In this document: piece after piece, positions 18,437-26,771 of the stretch
Numbering within the stretch: the first letter of the stretch is position 1
How the letters are laid out: each line of letters begins with the position of its first letter
Origin: an uncultured Oscillospiraceae bacterium
Lineage (GTDB): Bacteria; Bacillota; Clostridia; Acetivibrionales; DTU013
Length of the DNA: 64,000 bases
Direction of reading: 5' to 3'
NCBI GenBank assembly: GCA_964512095.1
Contig: CAZEIH010000004.1
Span: forward strand, 34,919-98,918
Notes under the pieces: model-generated
Told to the model about the DNA's origin: nothing
Database searches by the model: none
What the model saw: only the letters and a program-made list of their open reading frames with translations
Made by a program: the position numbers and the translations under genes

Positions 18437-18928
18437 CTACTCAAAAAGCTTCAAAAAACTGGCTGCCTTATTAATTAAGGTTTCTGTTATGCTACTATCA
18501 TCACTATTAGCTTGAGTTCTCGGAGTCATCATAACAGTATAATCGCTTCGTGGTACGTTTATATATATAATCTGGCTTTTATCAGGCATTTGCATGCCAA
18601 GTCTATTTTCTGCAACCTCCCTGACTTCATTCAGATCAGTCTTTGATTCTATCTGAACCTTTAAAAGCGAGTTTTCATTTCTTATTTCCTGGTATTCTTT
18701 TTCTTTCTGAATAAAATCATAGTTAACCTTTGTAATTATAGCATATCTGCACATTACAACAAGTCCTGCTGTTAATACGGCAATTATAGCAACAACCATT
18801 TTGAGCTTTACCTTCCTATTACTCTTATACCGTTTTTTCGCCTTTAGTACCTTATTCTCTTCGTAAACATCGTACTCAAGCTGTCTAGCTGCAGAACCAT
18901 GTACATAATCATATCTCTCATGTTTCAA
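18437..18928 (-). CDS. ftsL: FtsL-like cell-division protein (single TM helix + coiled-coil)
   Basis: Sits between rsmH and the PBP gene. It has basic N-terminus, TM helix (MVVAIIAVLTAGLVVM) and coiled-coil region. TTG start with an AGAGGTG RBS. Confidence 0.7.
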   Translation of the reverse strand: MKHERYDYVHGSAARQLEYDVYEENKVLKAKKRYKSNRKVKLKMVVAIIAVLTAGLVVMCRYAIITKVNYDFIQKEKEYQEIRNENSLLKVQIESKTDLNEVREVAENRLGMQMPDKSQIIYINVPRSDYTVMMTPRTQANSDDSSITETLINKAASFLKLFE

Positions 18929-19000
18929 TTCTATTCACCTCTTAAGTGATTTATGCCATACTGTAGGCTTAGTGTTCTTCTGTTTATTATGGTTCTTTTC

Positions 19001-19160
19001 TTTTGTGTTTTAGCTTTGCTAAAAGTGCTTTCTTTTGTGTTTTTATTTTGTGTTTTTATTTTGTGTTTTTATTTTGTGTTTTTGTTTTGCTTTTTTCTTT
19101 TGTGTTTTGTCTTTTGAGCTTTGCCTTTTGTGTTTTTCCTTGTTTTGTCTTTTGTGTTTT
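19001..19160 (-). repeat. Array of eight exact AAAACACAAAA 11-mers (sense strand), four of them in a perfect 13-bp tandem (19033-19084)
   Basis: The plus strand carries TTTTGTGTTTT starting at 19001, 19033, 19046, 19059, 19072, 19098, 19126 and 19150. The array is embedded in a degenerate T/G-rich tract spanning ~18985-19380. Confidence 0.9.
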
Positions 19161-19401
19161 GTTACTTACTTTTCTTTAGTACATTGCATTGGCCTTTTTT
19201 TCTTTAGTGTTTTGTTGCATGTCTATTCCTTTAGGCGCATTGTCAGCGCCGTAGATGCGTATTTAAGCATATTGTAAATTTTATCTTTCGTGTATCCTGC
19301 TTTTCCTAGCCTCATTTGCTTTGGTTTGGCTTTGCATTTTGTCCTTTGTACCTTAACTGCTTGTCTTATGTTTTTTGTTGCTTAATCTTTTGTAATAATT
19401 T

Positions 19402-20340
19402 TTATAGCTTTACTGCTGTTCTCAGCTTTGCGCTTCTGGAGCGTGGATTCTGATTCACTTCATCCTCCGACGGCAATATAGGCTTTTTTGTCATTTTTTT
19501 TAGTTCCGGTTCCTTGCCGCATATACATACCGGAAATGCTGGAGGACAAGTGCACGGTTTTTCTCTCCTCTGGAATTCGTTTTTCACTATTCTGTCTTCC
19601 AGAGAATGAAAGGTTATTATACTCAGCCTTCCTCCCGACTTCAGCAGCCCTACAGCTCCATCTATGGCATCCTTTAGTGCTGCCAGCTCATCATTCACGG
19701 CAATCCTCAGTGCTTGAAATGTCCTTTTTGCAGGATGAGGGCCGTCCCTTCTTGCCTGAGCCGGTATTGCCGCTTTTATTATGTCTACCAGTTGGCCTGT
19801 TGTCTCAATTCTGTTGTTTCTTCTTGCTTCTGTAATGAATGCTGCTATCCTTGCCGCCCAGTTCTCTTCCCCATAATCACGGATTATTTCTTTTATAGCC
19901 TTTTCGTCATATGTGTTTACTATCTCAGCGGCATCAAGGTTACGATTTCTGTCCATCCTCATATCCAGCGGAGCATCCTGTTGATAGCTGAATCCTCTCT
20001 CAGCCTCGTCCAGTTGGTAGGATGATACTCCAATGTCTAGCAGTATGCCGTCTACATCTTGAATACCATGCTGTCCGACGAGCTGTTTCATATCACGAAA
20101 ATTGCCTTTTATGAGGATCAGTCCTGCATTTTGTCTTAACTGTTGAAGTCTTTCGCCGGCTACTTTTATAGCTGTTGAATCTTGGTCTATGCCTATGAGT
20201 GTACCCTTGTCTAGCCTTTTGATGATTTCAGCACTGTGACCGGCTCCTCCAAGAGTTCCGTCTATATACGTTCCATTTTTGTCTATGTTCAAGCTGTCAA
20301 TGGATTCTTCCAGCAGTACCGACTTATGATTGAATTCCAT
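19402..20340 (-). CDS. rsmH: 16S rRNA (cytosine1402-N4)-methyltransferase
   Basis: The MraW/RsmH family is recognisable throughout (HKSVLLEE..., [16 protein letters not shown]-like [10 protein letters not shown]). GGAGGA RBS. Confidence 0.95.
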   Translation of the reverse strand: MEFNHKSVLLEESIDSLNIDKNGTYIDGTLGGAGHSAEIIKRLDKGTLIGIDQDSTAIKVAGERLQQLRQNAGLILIKGNFRDMKQLVGQHGIQDVDGILLDIGVSSYQLDEAERGFSYQQDAPLDMRMDRNRNLDAAEIVNTYDEKAIKEIIRDYGEENWAARIAAFITEARRNNRIETTGQLVDIIKAAIPAQARRDGPHPAKRTFQALRIAVNDELAALKDAIDGAVGLLKSGGRLSIITFHSLEDRIVKNEFQRREKPCTCPPAFPVCICGKEPELKKMTKKPILPSEDEVNQNPRSRSAKLRTAVKL

Positions 20341-20370
20341 GGGTTTGTCCTCCTGCAGTATTTTTTTCTC

Positions 20371-20802
20371 TTAGATGCCAAGCATTGCAAATGTTTCGGA
20401 TAAGCTTTCAGGGCTAAGGCTATCACCTTTGATGTATTGTTCCCACTTGTCCTTACTCCATACTTCAACTCTGTTGCCTACACCTACAATGCTGATTTCT
20501 TTATCCAGCTGTGCGTGGCTCCTCAAATCCTGAGGTATCAGTATTCGAGAATGCCCGTCCATCTGGCACTGAGCTGCACTTGAGAAGAAAAACCTGCTGA
20601 AATCACGAGCCTTGGTATTGGAAAGTGGTAAAGTTTCAAGTTTTTCGACCAGACTGTTCCATTTGGGCATAGAAAATATGAATAAGCAACCTTCCAGCCC
20701 TTTTGCTATCATGAATCTCATATCTAACTCGTCTCTAAAGGCTGCAGGAACGATTACCCTGCCCTTCGGATCTATAGTGTGTTGAAATTCACCATAGAAC
20801 AA
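20371..20802 (-). CDS. mraZ: Transcriptional regulator MraZ
   Basis: A 143-aa protein with two SpoVT/AbrB-like halves (FQHTIDPKGRVIVPAAFR..., MDGHSRILIPQDLR). TTG start with a GAGGTG RBS. It is the first gene of the dcw cluster. Confidence 0.92.
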   Translation of the reverse strand: MFYGEFQHTIDPKGRVIVPAAFRDELDMRFMIAKGLEGCLFIFSMPKWNSLVEKLETLPLSNTKARDFSRFFFSSAAQCQMDGHSRILIPQDLRSHAQLDKEISIVGVGNRVEVWSKDKWEQYIKGDSLSPESLSETFAMLGI

Positions 20803-20822
20803 TCATTTCACCTCTCTTTTCC

Positions 20823-20859
20823 CCACTTTCAAACCACTTCCACCCACTTCGTACCACTT
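20823..20859 (-). promoter_or_regulatory. Four direct AAGTGG repeats at ~10-bp spacing (putative MraZ boxes)
   Basis: The minus strand reads AAGTGGtacgAAGTGGgtggAAGTGGtttgaAAGTGGgga. The plus-strand CCACTT copies start at 20823, 20834, 20844 and 20854, between the candidate promoter and the mraZ RBS. Confidence 0.7.
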
Positions 20860-20866
20860 GTCTATA

Positions 20867-20895
20867 AGTTTATAGTAAATTTCGGGAATAATCAA
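20867..20895 (-). promoter_or_regulatory. Candidate dcw/mraZ promoter (TTGATT-17-TAAACT)
   Basis: On the minus strand, TTGATT (20895-20890), a 17-nt spacer, then TAAACT (20872-20867). An alternative -10, TATAAA, lies at 20874-20869. This is a hand match. Confidence 0.35.
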
Positions 20896-21080
20896 GACAT
20901 ATTTGGAATATTTTTTAAGATGGGTCAAAAGTCCTATTAATAATAAACAGCGTCGCCGGTCCCAGAGCCAATTTGTAGAAGGGCTTTGCGGAATAGAACA
21001 TGCTCTCCACAAGCAAAGCCTACCGATTTCTTGTGCTGTACAGGCAACACTGTTTGTGGAGGCAGGCTAAGTTTGAAGCA

Positions 21081-21108
21081 ACAAAAAACAGCCCTCGTGC
21101 GAGAGCTG
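21081..21108 (-). terminator. Intrinsic terminator downstream of rodA
   Basis: The minus-strand hairpin cagctctcg-ca-cgagggctg has one mismatch and is followed by TTTTTTGTTG, ~35 nt after the rodA stop. Confidence 0.7.
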
Positions 21109-21142
21109 ATATAGCTATTAGTTATCTAATTTGGAGCTATTT

Positions 21143-22303
21143 CTATTGAGAACTATTAAAAATCTTCTTCCTTCGCCGCATAGACACACTTAGGAGAATA
21201 CCGATATTGAGGTAATTAGCTATTAACGAGCTATTTCCCTGGCTTACAAATGGCAACGGTATTCCCGTAACCGGTAGCAAGCCAATACACATCCCTATAT
21301 TCTCAATAAAATGAAAACCCAACATCGCAGCCACACACACAGCCATATATGAACCATACAAATCTCTCGCGTTCATTGAAATTTGCAGACACCTAAACAA
21401 CAAAAAGAAAACTATAAGAACAAAAATAATTGATCCAATAAAACCCGTCTCCTCACCTATTACAGAAAAAATAAAGTCCGATTCCTTTTCCGGGACATTG
21501 AACATGCTTGAGGTGACGCCTTCTTTTAGCCCATGAAAAATTCCCTTTCCATATATCTGGCCCGACCCTATGGTGACTTTGGATCGATAAACCTGAAGAC
21601 CATCTCCAAGTAAGTCTAATTCAGGGTATATGAAGGTCATGATCCTTTTCTTAATATGTGGGAACTTCTGTGGTATGACATACAGCCATAAAACAGGCAC
21701 AGCCACAGCAGATGCGCCCATTGCGATGAGAAAATACCTGTAGGGTATTCCAAATATAAAAATGAGTACAACAAATGCAAATACAAAAACCATTGCCGTT
21801 CCCACATCTGGCTGGAGCAGGACAAGACCGATGGGAAGCATCGCGTATATGAACAGCTTTACAACATTTTTCCCAATGTCCTTACCTTCCTTGAGTCTTT
21901 CCAAAAACAGTGGCACAATAAGTACGAATGCAACCTTGGAAAACTCAGATGGCTGGATGTTTCCTATTAAAGGGACTTTAAGCCAGCCTTTCGTCCCATG
22001 TCTCTCTTCTCCTATAATAAGCACCAAAATAAGAAGGGCAATACTACCCATATATACCACTATACCTAATGTCCTAAAATCTTTGTAGTCAATTGCACTT
22101 ATTGTGATTGCGGCAACTATGCCTATTCCCAGACATATTACCTGTTTGAGCCAAACTGGATGAATGCCCGGATTGCCCAGGGCACTTTTGAGCGCTATAA
22201 TGCCATATACTGATAACAATAGAACGGCCGCAAAAAGCGGATAATCAAATTGCTTAAAATAATCAATGCTCTTTGTTTTTTCTACATAATACATTTTATC
22301 CAC
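21143..22303 (-). CDS. rodA: SEDS-family peptidoglycan glycosyltransferase RodA-like
   Basis: A 386-aa polytopic protein with FtsW/RodA signatures (QPSEFSKV, PEKESDFIFSVIGEE, GIPLPFVSQGNSS). Confidence 0.85.
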   Translation of the reverse strand: MDKMYYVEKTKSIDYFKQFDYPLFAAVLLLSVYGIIALKSALGNPGIHPVWLKQVICLGIGIVAAITISAIDYKDFRTLGIVVYMGSIALLILVLIIGEERHGTKGWLKVPLIGNIQPSEFSKVAFVLIVPLFLERLKEGKDIGKNVVKLFIYAMLPIGLVLLQPDVGTAMVFVFAFVVLIFIFGIPYRYFLIAMGASAVAVPVLWLYVIPQKFPHIKKRIMTFIYPELDLLGDGLQVYRSKVTIGSGQIYGKGIFHGLKEGVTSSMFNVPEKESDFIFSVIGEETGFIGSIIFVLIVFFLLFRCLQISMNARDLYGSYMAVCVAAMLGFHFIENIGMCIGLLPVTGIPLPFVSQGNSSLIANYLNIGILLSVSMRRRKKIFNSSQ

Positions 22304-22525
22304 CCATGTTGCAAATTTAAGCAGTTAGCTGCCAATTTTCATAAATTCTATACCGTACTTCTATCAACTTTCATCCTCCAAAAACTAACAATACTGATGT
22401 TAAGCCTTTTCTAAGGCAGCATATCTCATCATAAGCTACATCATTAGATATGGTCTTTGCAAGTCATATTAGGCTTCAGTTTGCGCCAATGAATCATCTT
22501 TTTTGTAATTCCAGTTTTACATATT

Positions 22526-23647
22526 TTAACCCTCATTGCCCTCTGTTTCCTCTGCCGCCACTCCTTCAGCCCCCGCTACATCTTTGGCTTCCACTGCTTC
22601 TTCGGCCCCCGCTACTCCTTCGGCTTCCACTGCTTCTTCGGCCCCCGCTACTTCTTCAGCTTCCGCCACTTCTTCAGCTTCCGCCACTTCTTCGGCTCCC
22701 GCTACTTCTTCAGCTTCCGCTGCTTCCGCTGCTTCTTCAACCCCTGCTGTCCCCGATTCCTCAGCCTTCATTTTCATCAAAAGTGACCCATATCGACTTT
22801 GACCAAGTTCAACCGGTTCACTATCCTCAGACTTCTTCTGCCTGAGTCTTCTGTATATGAAAAGCCAAAGGCCTGCAACCAGCAACACTATAGAGAGTAA
22901 CTGTGACACCCTAAAGCTACCCAAGTAGAGGCTATCTGTCCTCATTCCTTCAATTATCGCTCTCCCAGCTCCATAAAGTATAAAATAAAGGAAGAGCACC
23001 TCGCCCTCAACCTTCTTCTTTTTTCTGTAGTTGGCCAAAAACAAGAAAATGGCAATATCCAGTATTGACTCATATAAAAATGTAGGATGAACACCCCATT
23101 TGGAAAGATCAACACCGGGCTGAAAATTGGTAAGGTATCTATCGGCAACACTTCCATTCATTCTCCATGGTACATTTGTGGCTACTCCAAAGGCTTCCTG
23201 GTTCACAAAATTGCCCCAGCGTCCAATACCCTGCCCCAGCGCCAGGTAAGGTATACCAAAGTCAGCCAGATGCAGGAATGTCATTTTCTTCTTTTTAGCA
23301 TAAATCCAGGCGACCAGCAAAGCTCCAATTACACCGCCGTAAATTGCCAGGCCTCCGTCTCTGAACTTTAAGATTTTTATCAGGTCACCACTGTATTGGT
23401 CCCAACTAAAAACCACATAAAATAGTCTGGCGAATACTATCGCCACCGGAACAGCAAATAGAACAAGATCAAGTATGTTATCCGGAACAAGGTTATATTT
23501 TTTGCTGCTTTTTATTCCCAATAGCACGGCTAAAAGAAATGCAAATGCAATTATTATCCCGTACCAGAATATCTCTATATTAAATATCTTAAAAGCATAC
23601 CTTTGTATTTCAAATTCCAGTCCCAAACCCGGAAAACTAATATTCAA
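22526..23647 (-). CDS. lgt: Phosphatidylglycerol--prolipoprotein diacylglyceryl transferase with ~100-aa acidic repeat tail
   Basis: The Lgt core shows YGIIIAFAFL, GGLAIYGGVIG, GRWGNFVNQEAFG and HPTFLYES. The C-terminus is an E/A/V/G repeat region. Confidence 0.92.
   Translation of the reverse strand: MNISFPGLGLEFEIQRYAFKIFNIEIFWYGIIIAFAFLLAVLLGIKSSKKYNLVPDNILDLVLFAVPVAIVFARLFYVVFSWDQYSGDLIKILKFRDGGLAIYGGVIGALLVAWIYAKKKKMTFLHLADFGIPYLALGQGIGRWGNFVNQEAFGVATNVPWRMNGSVADRYLTNFQPGVDLSKWGVHPTFLYESILDIAIFLFLANYRKKKKVEGEVLFLYFILYGAGRAIIEGMRTDSLYLGSFRVSQLLSIVLLVAGLWLFIYRRLRQKKSEDSEPVELGQSRYGSLLMKMKAEESGTAGVEEAAEAAEAEEVAGAEEVAEAEEVAEAEEVAGAEEAVEAEGVAGAEEAVEAKDVAGAEGVAAEETEGNEG
22545..22745 (-). repeat. 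In-frame 18-bp-period tandem repeats encoding (A/G)(E)EEV/A-type hexapeptides in the lgt 3' end
   Basis: Visible repeats gcttccactgcttcttcggcccccgctac... and gcttccgccacttcttca, translating to ...AEAEEVAGAEEVAEAEEVAEAEEVAGAEEAVEAEGVAGAEEAVEA... Confidence 0.85.
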
Positions 23648-23678
23648 ATCCTCCGCCCCCTCATGTCGGCAAGAATAC

Positions 23679-24962
23679 TCAAACAGGCTTAATAATTGAC
23701 ATTGCCAGATTTTCCTGTTTGAAATGCTCCTCTAGTACTTCATTAACATATTCAAATGATATTTTATCATATACATGCAAATAGTCAAACATGTTAACAC
23801 CTTTAAAATACACTGAAATAAAGGAATGGGATATACTCTCCACAGAATTAAATTTCCTCATATATCTGCCGAGCATCGACTTAATTAGCCTATCATAGTC
23901 TGCTCTATCAATACCCCTTCCTTTTATCTCCTCCACCTCACGACAGAATTTCTCTTTCACCTTCATAGGCTGGGAAGATTCACCTGCAAGAATTGAAAAC
24001 CCATAGCCTTTTTCTATAGTGAAATCCGTATCAAATGAAGAATTTATCAAACCTTCATTATAGAGCGTCTCATATAGCTTAGAGCTTCTGCCAACAATTA
24101 GCTTGAGTAAAAGCTTTACGGCAGTTTCGTACATAAGCAAATCTATACTCTTATCTCCATAGAAGCTATCCTTGTATCCCATCTGAAACATTGGTATTGA
24201 CACAGCTAGAGACTCCTCTACATAATTGGATCTGATCCCGGCAGGCTCATCAGGATATATCCTTGTGATAGGAGGCCTTGCATCCTTTTGCTTAATAGCA
24301 GCCTCCACTCTTTCAAAGACGCTCTGAGGTTCCACGTCTCCAACAACAAGCACCATCATGTTTGAAGGGTGATAGAAGGTATTGTAGCACTTGTACAGGG
24401 TTTCTCTATCAATCCTGCTTATACTCTCTATAGTACCAGCAATATCTATCTTTACAGGCATTTTTTCATAAAAAGCTCCTAAGAGGTTAAATAGAGACCT
24501 ATATCCCGGATTATCCTGATACATCATAATTTCCTGTCCAATGATACCCTTCTCTTTTTCCACACTCTCGTTGGTAATATAGGGGTTTTGGACGTAATTA
24601 AGGAGTAACCCGAGGTTTTCATCAACTTTATCTGTGCATGAAAAAAGATAAACAGTTTGGTTGAAGCTGGTGTATGCATTGGGGCTAGAGCCTAATGCTG
24701 AAAATTTGTCCATAACACTGCCATCTTCCTGCTCAAAAAGCTTATGCTCTAAAAAATGGGCAATACCATCCGGTACTCGTGTTTCCTTATCTTCACCAGG
24801 TATAATGAAGGCATTGTCTATGGACCCGTAATGAGTTGCAAAGGTCCCATATTTTTTCGAATAGCCCTTTCTTGGTATTACAAAAGCCTTCAGTCCACTG
24901 CTGTGCTTATAGCTATAGAGGACTTCTCCTGCTTTATCGTATTGCATTTTTTCGATATTCAT
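23679..24962 (-). CDS. M16-family zinc peptidase (active-site HxxEH present)
   Basis: The inverted zinc motif HFLEH sits near the N-terminus (GIAHFLEHKLF). It is 427 aa and paired with a second M16 gene. Confidence 0.88.
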   Translation of the reverse strand: MNIEKMQYDKAGEVLYSYKHSSGLKAFVIPRKGYSKKYGTFATHYGSIDNAFIIPGEDKETRVPDGIAHFLEHKLFEQEDGSVMDKFSALGSSPNAYTSFNQTVYLFSCTDKVDENLGLLLNYVQNPYITNESVEKEKGIIGQEIMMYQDNPGYRSLFNLLGAFYEKMPVKIDIAGTIESISRIDRETLYKCYNTFYHPSNMMVLVVGDVEPQSVFERVEAAIKQKDARPPITRIYPDEPAGIRSNYVEESLAVSIPMFQMGYKDSFYGDKSIDLLMYETAVKLLLKLIVGRSSKLYETLYNEGLINSSFDTDFTIEKGYGFSILAGESSQPMKVKEKFCREVEEIKGRGIDRADYDRLIKSMLGRYMRKFNSVESISHSFISVYFKGVNMFDYLHVYDKISFEYVNEVLEEHFKQENLAMSIIKPV

Positions 24963-25007
24963 GTGCTATCTCCTTAAACAAAACATTCTTATTCAACAAC
25001 CTTTTGG

Positions 25008-26303
25008 CTACTCTTCTTCAGGTGCCGTTAGGAAGTACACCGTATCCAGTCCGATTTTCTTTGAAACCCTAACAACATCTTCCTTTGTCACCTTTCTAAC
25101 CTTATCAATTATACTTACAATACTATCCTGGGTTCCTGATATTGTTTGACTTAAGAAGTAGTCAACCATGTTTCCCTGGTTATCCATTAGTGATTGAACC
25201 CCAGTTTCTATACTTTTTACAGTAGATTGTATTTCATGGTCAGAAATATTCCCCTTCATAATTTCATCCAGCTGTCTGCTTATTATCTCCAATGCTTTAT
25301 CCTTATTCTTTATTTCAATCCCGCTGCTGATTCCCATAAGCCCCTTGAATTTTTCCAAAAAGGAATATGAATAGTAGGCCAAGCTCGCCTTCTCACGCAC
25401 ATTCTGAAATAGCTTTGACTGCACACCACCACCTAGTATACCGCTATACACCATTAATGCCTGAATATCATCGCTATCGGGAGGCGTATTGGTTCTATAC
25501 CCCAAACACAGCTTCCCCTGTGAGATATTCATAATCTCGGTTACATATCTAGCCTCACTTATCTCTTTCTTAATGGAATAGCTGTTCATAGTTTTAATGT
25601 CTTTGCGACATAATCCCTTAACCAGGCCTATAACCTTATCTACTTCAACATCCGATATGCTTCCGGATAGATATATCTGCATCGGGTATGTCTCTATCAT
25701 TTTTTTGTAATGATGGGTCAATTCTTCTGGGCTTATAGCTGCGAGGTCCTCCACAAAACCATAGTCATATATTCCGTAGGGCTCATCACGACAGACCTCT
25801 TCAAGGCACCTTTCCATACTATAGGTCATCTTGTCATTGACCCTGCCCTCAATAAATATCCTCAACTTATCCTTTTCCTGCTGTAGAAAATCATTACTGA
25901 ACACTCCATTTACAAAAGCAGGCCTTGTAATGATGTCAAACAGCAGCTCAAGTCCTGCTGCAAACGTATCAGCACCGTCGGGCACATATCGTTTTGACAG
26001 AAATTCAGTGTAAAAATGTATTAAATGCCTTTCTCCTTTTTTTGTAACTCCACAGTCAAAGCTAGCCCCATAAAGGCTTTCTACTTTCATTGATATATCT
26101 CTCAAGGTTGGGTATACTTCACTCCCGCGCCTCATGACAGCAGGCAGTAGGGCATTTTTTGTTACATCCTCCCTAGTAAGATTATCCATAAAAAAGACAT
26201 GAATGCTGCTTGTCTTAAACTTTTCCGTAGCTATTGTGTAGATGTCTATTCCATTAAATGAGGATACCTTCACCGCCTGTACGGCATTAAAATCCATTTC
26301 CAT
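25008..26303 (-). CDS. M16-family peptidase-like protein lacking HxxEH (probable non-catalytic partner)
   Basis: Similar to M16 throughout, but no HxxEH is visible. An AAAGGAAGG RBS precedes the ATG at 26303. The ORF-track start at 26351 is a TTG. Confidence 0.8.
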   Translation of the reverse strand: MEMDFNAVQAVKVSSFNGIDIYTIATEKFKTSSIHVFFMDNLTREDVTKNALLPAVMRRGSEVYPTLRDISMKVESLYGASFDCGVTKKGERHLIHFYTEFLSKRYVPDGADTFAAGLELLFDIITRPAFVNGVFSNDFLQQEKDKLRIFIEGRVNDKMTYSMERCLEEVCRDEPYGIYDYGFVEDLAAISPEELTHHYKKMIETYPMQIYLSGSISDVEVDKVIGLVKGLCRKDIKTMNSYSIKKEISEARYVTEIMNISQGKLCLGYRTNTPPDSDDIQALMVYSGILGGGVQSKLFQNVREKASLAYYSYSFLEKFKGLMGISSGIEIKNKDKALEIISRQLDEIMKGNISDHEIQSTVKSIETGVQSLMDNQGNMVDYFLSQTISGTQDSIVSIIDKVRKVTKEDVVRVSKKIGLDTVYFLTAPEEE

Positions 26304-26524
26304 CAGTGCCTTCCTTTCTGCCAACTTTTCTACATATCGGGGGCAGGCCAAAAACGCCCTTATTTTTTCCCGATATACTTATAGTATAATAAATCAACCT
26401 GATTGTATTCAATATCTGGAATGATAATTCTATCTATATTATATATATTTGTGGTAATAATAACAAAGAGTAATTGTCCTTATAATAAAGTGTTATAACA
26501 ATTTTTTTATAGTTGGAGGCTTAA

Positions 26525-26695
26525 ATGAGATATTCTAATGCTAGAAAGTATCCTATTACACAAAAGAAAAAAAACATATCCCAATGCCAAAGTGAACGCA
26601 TAATTGACCTAGGTTTGGGAACTGCAGCGGGGTTGCTGGGTTTGGTTTTCCTGGAAGGACTGATTTTGGGACTGATAATAAAAAGACGTCGGTGA
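26525..26695 (+). CDS. Small hypothetical membrane protein (56 aa), below the ORF-track length cutoff
   Basis: A GGAGG RBS lies 5 nt before the ATG. Translation: MRYSNARKYPITQKKKNISQCQSERIIDLGLGTAAGLLGLVFLEGLILGLIIKRRR. It has a basic N-terminus, one TM helix and a KRRR end. It lies 76 nt upstream of the GGDEF gene. Confidence 0.5.
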   Translation: MRYSNARKYPITQKKKNISQCQSERIIDLGLGTAAGLLGLVFLEGLILGLIIKRRR

Positions 26696-26771
26696 AGGGA
26701 ACATAATTGTTATATAAATGGCATTTGTATCCGATATCATTAATGCACCATAAAAATCAGGGAGGTAGCAA

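Noticed and set aside
19033-19084. Possible CRISPR-like array (13-bp tandem units)
   Set aside because: The units are contiguous with no unique spacers, far shorter than CRISPR repeats, and no cas genes are present. It is a simple tandem repeat.
19035-19277. 80-aa plus-strand ORF (Cys/Phe/Leu-rich, MCFYFVFLFCVF...)
   Set aside because: It is simply the translation of the T/G-rich repeat tract. It has no RBS, is antisense to the dcw operon, and its composition is dictated by TTTTGTGTTTT repeats.
20803-21012. 69-aa minus-strand ORF ending at the mraZ start
   Set aside because: It covers the promoter-like site and the AAGTGG boxes, has no RBS, and has an odd composition. This is most likely non-coding regulatory DNA.
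21036-21053. 15-nt identity (gctgtacaggcaaca) shared with 59227-59243 upstream of sigK
   Set aside because: A few exact 15-mers are expected by chance in a 64-kb window when both strands are compared. The flanks do not align, and the two sites differ in their orientation relative to the neighbouring genes.
22450-22845. Plus-strand ORFs (131 and 88 aa, Pro/Leu- or Ser/Ala-rich) opposite the lgt tail
   Set aside because: These are antisense products of the GC-rich 18-bp repeats. They have no RBS or independent support.
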